Both the position numbers and the translations under genes were made by a program. A model generated the notes under the pieces. The model ran no database searches, was not told where the DNA came from, and was given only the letters and a program-made list of their open reading frames with translations. A DNA stretch of 20,000 nt from an uncultured archaeon (GTDB lineage Archaea; Iainarchaeota; Iainarchaeia; Iainarchaeales; 1-14-0-10-31-34), in assembly GCA_964442255.1 (NCBI GenBank), contig CAYTYC010000003.1:51423-71422 (forward strand), in the 5' to 3' direction. Shown here piece by piece: positions 15,116-20,000 of this stretch (the first letter of the stretch is position 1; each line of letters opens with the position of its first letter).

Positions 15116-17746
15116 TTATCTGTTTTTTATTGCGGCCTGCGCAGCGGCAAGCCTTGCAATAGGAACCCTGTAAGGGGAGCAGGAAACATAGTTTAATCCA
15201 AGCGAATGGCAGAATTCGATAGAAGAAGGCTCCCCCCCGTGCTCCCCGCAAATCCCTGTCTTAAGGTTTTTCCGTGTTTTCCTGCCTTTTTCAATCGAGA
15301 TTTTTATCAGTTCCCCGACGCCTTTTGCGTCAAGCGCCTGGAAAGGGTCCCTTTCAAGTATCCCCTTTTCCATGTAAGCCGGAATGAATGCGCCAGAGTC
15401 GTCGCGCGAGAAGCCGAAGGTTGTCTGTGTCAAGTCGTTTGTTCCGAATGAAAAGAATTCCGCAAACTCCGCGATTTCATCCGCGGTCAAACATGCCCTC
15501 GGAAGCTCCATCATCACCCCCGTGGTGTATTGGACTTTTTCGCCAAGTTTTTTCATGGTTTCCCCTGCTTTCTTGTCAATGATTTTTTTCATTGCCTCCA
15601 TTTCCTTTGCGTGCGCCAAAACAGGCACCATTATTTCCGGCACAGCCTTTTTTCCTTTTAAGTTGGATTCAATTGCCGCGGTTATTATTGCCTCAACCTG
15701 CATTTCCGAAATCTCGGGGTAAATTATTCCGAGCCTGCAGCCCCTGAAGCCGAGCATTGGGTTGAATTCATGCAAAGAATTTATTTTGTTTCTGATTTCC
15801 TCTTCACTTGCACTTGTGCTTTCCGCCAGCTCCCTTATTTCTTTTTCCCCTTCCGGAAGAAACTCATGCAAAGGAGGGTCAAGCAGCCGAATTGTTACAG
15901 GCAGGCCGTTCATTGCCTCAAAAATTCCTTCAAAGTCTTTTTTTTGGAAGGGAAGGAGTTTTGCGAGCGCTTTTTTTCTTCCCTCTGCGTCTCGTGCAAG
16001 AATCATTTCCCTCATTGCCTTAATCCGTTCCTCGCCGAAAAACATGTGCTCAGTCCTGCACAGGCCAATTCCTTCCGCGCCGAATTCCCTTGCAATTTTT
16101 GCGTCTTTTGGCGTGTCCGCATTTGTCCTTACCTTCAGTTTTCTGAATGAATCAGCCCATCCCATTAATTCTTTGAATTCTCCGCCCGGTTTTGGGTCAG
16201 TGAGCTTTAACTGCCCCTTAAAAACCTCCCCGGTTGAGCCGTCAAGGGAAACCCAGTCCCCTTCTTTCACTTCTTTTCCTTTTGCGAGAAACTTTTTTTC
16301 TTTTTCCTTTACATTTATTTCTCCGCACCCCGCCACACAGCATTTTCCCATTCCTCTTGCGACAACCGCTGCATGGGAAGTCATTCCGCCGCGCGCGGTG
16401 AGAATTCCCTGTGCGGAGTTCATTCCCTCAATGTCTTCAGGCGAGGTTTCAGTCCGGACAAGGACGGCTTTTTCTCCTGCTTCAGCCATTTCCTTTGCTT
16501 TTTCCGCTGTGAAGGCCGATTTTCCGACTGCCGCTCCCGGGGAAGCGGGAAGGCCTTTTGCAAGAATGGAAGCCTTTTTTTTCTCCTCCGGGTCAAGCTG
16601 CTTGTGGAGGAGCTGGTCAAGCTGCTCCGGCTTAATGCGCAGCACCGCAGTTCTCTTGTCAATCAATTTTTCTTTCACCAAATCAACCGCTATTTTAACC
16701 GCGGCCTGCGCGGTGCGCTTTCCTTTCCTGGACTGAAGGAGGAATAGTTTGCCTTTTTCAACCGTGAATTCAAAGTCCTGCATGTCCCTGTAATGGGAGT
16801 CCAATTTTTTGTAAACCTTCACCAATTCTTTGTATGCTTCAGGCAGGTCTTTTTTCATTTCGTCAATGTGCTTTGGCGTTCTGATGCCTGCAACAACATC
16901 CTCCCCCTGCGCGTTCAGTAAGTATTCCCCGTAATGCTCTTTTTTTCCTGTTGCAGGGTTTCTTGTAAAGCCCACCCCTGTTCCTGAATCCGCACCCATG
17001 TTGCCGAAAACCATTGCCTGCACGTTTACGGCTGTCCCGGCGTCATTCCTTAAATTGTTTATCCGCCTGTAGGAGACGGCGCGGGGATTGTTCCAGGAGC
17101 CGAAAACCGCATTAATTGAAAGCTTAAGTTGTTCTCCCGGCTCCTGCGGGAAAGGTTTTCCGGCTTTTTCCTTGTAAAGCGCCAGGTATTTTTCACCAAC
17201 TTCCTTTAAATCTTCAGCTTCAAGCCCTGTGTCGTCTTTAACGCCTTTTTTTTCTTTGGCGGAGCCCAGTATTGCCTCAAATTCTTCATGTGAAACGCCC
17301 ATTACAACGTTGCCAAACATTTGAATCAGGCGCCTGTAGGAGTCCCACGCGGCCCTTTCCCCAATTTTTTTTGCCAATCCTTTCACTGTTTTTTCATTCA
17401 AGCCAAGGTTCAGCACTGTGTCCATCATCCCGGGCATTGAAACATAGCTTCCCGACCTGACTGAAACAAGCAGGGGGTTTTCCGGATTGCCGAATTTTTT
17501 GCCGGTTTTTTCCTCAACTTCCGCAAGTTTCTCTTTTACCTGCTTTTCCAGCCCTTCAGGCCATTTTTTGCCCAATCTGTTGAATTCGTTGCATGCTTCA
17601 GTTGTGATGGTGAAGCCTGGCGGCACTGGCAGGCCGATGGAAGTCATTTCCGCGAGCTGGGCGCCCTTATTGCCCAAAAGGAAGATTTTTTCCTTTGTGT
17701 TCGCGCCCTTCACTTCATTGAACAAGTAGGCCCATTTTTTCCCCAA
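15116..17746 (-). CDS. ppdK: Pyruvate, phosphate dikinase
   Basis: LLGNKGAQLAEM, PLLVSVRSG, SMPGMMDTVLNLG, GEDVVAGIRTP, GGMTSHAAVVARG (phospho-His), GIGLCRTEHMF, FSFGTNDLTQ and GICGEHGG. Confidence 0.98.
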   Translation of the reverse strand: MGKKWAYLFNEVKGANTKEKIFLLGNKGAQLAEMTSIGLPVPPGFTITTEACNEFNRLGKKWPEGLEKQVKEKLAEVEEKTGKKFGNPENPLLVSVRSGSYVSMPGMMDTVLNLGLNEKTVKGLAKKIGERAAWDSYRRLIQMFGNVVMGVSHEEFEAILGSAKEKKGVKDDTGLEAEDLKEVGEKYLALYKEKAGKPFPQEPGEQLKLSINAVFGSWNNPRAVSYRRINNLRNDAGTAVNVQAMVFGNMGADSGTGVGFTRNPATGKKEHYGEYLLNAQGEDVVAGIRTPKHIDEMKKDLPEAYKELVKVYKKLDSHYRDMQDFEFTVEKGKLFLLQSRKGKRTAQAAVKIAVDLVKEKLIDKRTAVLRIKPEQLDQLLHKQLDPEEKKKASILAKGLPASPGAAVGKSAFTAEKAKEMAEAGEKAVLVRTETSPEDIEGMNSAQGILTARGGMTSHAAVVARGMGKCCVAGCGEINVKEKEKKFLAKGKEVKEGDWVSLDGSTGEVFKGQLKLTDPKPGGEFKELMGWADSFRKLKVRTNADTPKDAKIAREFGAEGIGLCRTEHMFFGEERIKAMREMILARDAEGRKKALAKLLPFQKKDFEGIFEAMNGLPVTIRLLDPPLHEFLPEGEKEIRELAESTSASEEEIRNKINSLHEFNPMLGFRGCRLGIIYPEISEMQVEAIITAAIESNLKGKKAVPEIMVPVLAHAKEMEAMKKIIDKKAGETMKKLGEKVQYTTGVMMELPRACLTADEIAEFAEFFSFGTNDLTQTTFGFSRDDSGAFIPAYMEKGILERDPFQALDAKGVGELIKISIEKGRKTRKNLKTGICGEHGGEPSSIEFCHSLGLNYVSCSPYRVPIARLAAAQAAIKNR

Positions 17747-18030
17747 AAACTCCCCTGTTTCCTATCATGTGAATTTAAGTTTAAAAATTCATCGCGGAAT
17801 TTTTGGAAAATATGGTTAAAGCATTTTTTCCCGCATAAAAGCCGGCAGGAGCTTTGACACCGGATACCTGCTTTTAACTCTGGAAAAACCCAAAAGATGG
17901 CCCCTACTTCCACACAACCCCCTGTGTTTCGGGCCCAAAAAAGCTCGATTGGTGGCGCTTCGCTTCCCGCCCCTAAAACCGGTTGCCGGAACTTTGCAGG
18001 AAATAAGCCGATAACGCGCAAATCCTGCTT

Positions 18031-19674
18031 TCAAGCCCTTTTCACAAATTTTTTTGGCTTTCCCGGTATTTTTGACAGCTTTTTTTGCTTAACCATTCTT
18101 GCAACCGAATTCCGTATGCTGTACTCTGGAAAGTCTAGCTTTGCCTTGAGTTCTTTGACGGATTTGGGGGTTTTGCAGAGGAAGAGAACGGCTTTTTCGA
18201 GTGCTTGCCTCAATACTCGGTCTTTAACTGGGATCTTTATTCCAAGCCGTTCCTCCATTATTTCAAAGTGGTCAATTACTGACAGTTCCTGCAGTTGGGC
18301 AAGGTTTTTCTCCTGCCCAACTATTTCTTTTCCAATGGTTTTCCAGTTAAGGGGCTTTTTTGAAAGGATGTTTAAAGAATCAATTATGTCGGAGTCCCTT
18401 GAAGAAACGCTTTTAAACAAAAAAATGTCTTCAACGCTTGCATTAAATACTTCCAGGTTCCCGTCAAAAAGCTTCTTGCTTCTTTTAACCATGTTTTTGC
18501 TGAAATCCAGGCAATTGCAAACGTTCTTAACGAATAAGTCAATTCTGGGAGAGCCATGCCTTTCAAGCATCATGGAAGAACCAAGTTTTGTGTATTGAAT
18601 GTCTTTTCCTTTTACAGGCGCAAACCCCATTTGCTTGAATGCTTTAACCAAAGCATGTGCGGATCTTTCATCTTCAACAACCAAATCCATGTCCTTGGTT
18701 GAATTCTTTAAACCGTATTCCATTAACGCGCTTCCGCCTATGAGAAAAACTTTCACTGTGGTTTCAAGTTTCCTGCTTGCTTCTTTCAATATCTCTTGGC
18801 TGGCTTCCAATTTAAACCGCTTTGGGATGAAAACCTTGTAAAGCCTGGCTTTTTCTTTTAATTCTGTTTTGGGCAGAAACAATTCCGGGTTCTTCACATC
18901 AAGGTTTTCAAGCCAGGAGACAATGTCCTGCCATTTTCCGATTTCGCCGAGTTTAACGGCTTCTCTTTCCACGCTTAGTGCGTCAATTTTTGCCTTGTTT
19001 TTTAAATAAAAAATAATGCAAAGCGAAACATCGTTTGCGTTTTCGGAAAACTTTAGGGCGTGAACCAAAACAGTTTCCTTGCTTAGCTCTTGGGCAGGTT
19101 GCACCACGAAATTGCTTTCGGTTTCAATCTGGACACCAAGCCCGGGAAACCTCGAAAACCCCGTAAGGCTTCCCTCAAAAGAAAGCTCTTTTGGGAGCTT
19201 CAGCAGCTTGGTTTTGGTGTTTTCCCAGAAAACCCCGTGGGTTGAGGAAGTTTTAACATCATCCAAAAAATCAGTTAATTTCCTGTTTTTGCTTGAAACA
19301 AGGTATTTGTTGCCTTTCTTGTCCAAAAACTGCCCAAGCTTGTTTACAAGCCTGTTTGCGTGGGCAAAGGAAATCCCCAACCCAAGGCACAATTCATTAA
19401 CAGTTTTTGGTTCAAGCAGCAAAACCAATGCCTTCAAGCCGTTTCCGCTGAAAACTCCTGTGTCGAAGTTGGAAAAAACAAGGTTCCTTAAAGCATTGGT
19501 TGCGGAGGAGTTAATCACTGAAATTTTACCCATCCTGTAAGTAACCATGCCTAACTCTTTTAGTCGGTTAATCAGCGCATAGCAGGAGTAAGTGGATTTG
19601 CCGCTGGCTTTGGTTAAGTCGGAAAACGACTGGCTTTGCCTTTCAAACAAAGCCAAAAGAATCTTCACATCCAT
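18031..19674 (-). CDS. HTH-containing protein fused to a C-terminal nucleotidyltransferase (DUF6036/AbiEii-like, Pol-beta fold)
   Basis: Two N-terminal wHTH-like segments, a central LTGFSRF region, the NTase signature VFLIGGSALM...STKDMDLVV...RIDLF, then EDIFLFKSVSSRDSD and a C-terminal wHTH. Confidence 0.8.
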   Translation of the reverse strand: MDVKILLALFERQSQSFSDLTKASGKSTYSCYALINRLKELGMVTYRMGKISVINSSATNALRNLVFSNFDTGVFSGNGLKALVLLLEPKTVNELCLGLGISFAHANRLVNKLGQFLDKKGNKYLVSSKNRKLTDFLDDVKTSSTHGVFWENTKTKLLKLPKELSFEGSLTGFSRFPGLGVQIETESNFVVQPAQELSKETVLVHALKFSENANDVSLCIIFYLKNKAKIDALSVEREAVKLGEIGKWQDIVSWLENLDVKNPELFLPKTELKEKARLYKVFIPKRFKLEASQEILKEASRKLETTVKVFLIGGSALMEYGLKNSTKDMDLVVEDERSAHALVKAFKQMGFAPVKGKDIQYTKLGSSMMLERHGSPRIDLFVKNVCNCLDFSKNMVKRSKKLFDGNLEVFNASVEDIFLFKSVSSRDSDIIDSLNILSKKPLNWKTIGKEIVGQEKNLAQLQELSVIDHFEIMEERLGIKIPVKDRVLRQALEKAVLFLCKTPKSVKELKAKLDFPEYSIRNSVARMVKQKKLSKIPGKPKKFVKRA

Positions 19675-19932
19675 TTGACCACTTTATTATCATAAACCAG
19701 AAAACCTTTAAATACTTTTGCTGAAAAAAGATAATAAATTGGGTTTTCGGACCTGGTTGCGAGTTACGGCTTCATGGTTTTTGTTATTATGTGGGCAAAA
19801 TTGCCGAAGCAGTTTTCGGCTAAACAATAATAAATTGTCAGGAGGGGTCCTTTCCTCCGAACACTTCACCGCGACGGCCCAACCAGGGTTTATGTTCTTT
19901 TGACTGCGAAAAAGCCAGCAAAATAACACTAA

Positions 19933-19959
19933 CTTATACATAACAGATTCGTGTGGCAG
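19933..19959 (+). repeat. TTATACATAA motif, copy F, with a degenerate second arm
   Basis: CTTATACATAAC-AGATTC-GTGTG matches copy E (CTTATACATAAC-TGCATT-GTGTG) in sequence and spacing. Confidence 0.65.
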
Positions 19960-20000
19960 CCCCGGAAAAGTGCTTTTAATGGAACTCCGCTAAGCGCCCC

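Noticed and set aside
17907..17930. CTTCCACACAAC-CCCC-TGTGT as another dif-like site closing the NTase module
   Set aside because: Three mismatches to the motif and different spacing from copies E and F, too weak to support.
15206..19540. Long antisense ORFs (for example 15762-16736, 17897-18598, 19079-19540; likewise 6751-7515 and 11-376)
   Set aside because: Ser/Phe-rich shadows on the strand opposite well-supported genes.

Overview
Archaeal chromosomal window. Archaeal markers are aTrm56, TFE-alpha, XerA, a PRC-barrel protein, tRNA introns with bulge-helix-bulge (BHB) motifs and TATA-type promoters. Gene style suggests a DPANN lineage such as Diapherotrites/Iainarchaeota, which is inference only. 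Left to right: purine genes (partial purE, purC, purB, purA); a 2-kb accessory stretch with a small gene split at a poly-G tract, a 38-bp direct repeat around a 35-bp spacer, hairpin clusters and three tRNAs with non-canonical introns (Phe-GAA 18/19, Lys-CTT 30/31, Lys-TTT 22/23 with 99 nt); serS with a 57-bp tandem duplication at its 3' end; aTrm56; tfe; initiator tRNA-Met with a canonical intron; a wHTH-like and a possibly Cas2-like protein; PRC barrel; xerA; type II pantothenate kinase; a Cys-rich lipoprotein; YbjQ; an RfbE-like epimerase; ppdK; and an HTH-nucleotidyltransferase fusion. The most notable unexplained signal is the intergenic motif TTATACATAA (5 exact copies and 1 near copy) around and downstream of xerA. 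Its reverse complement resembles a Xer-binding dif arm.
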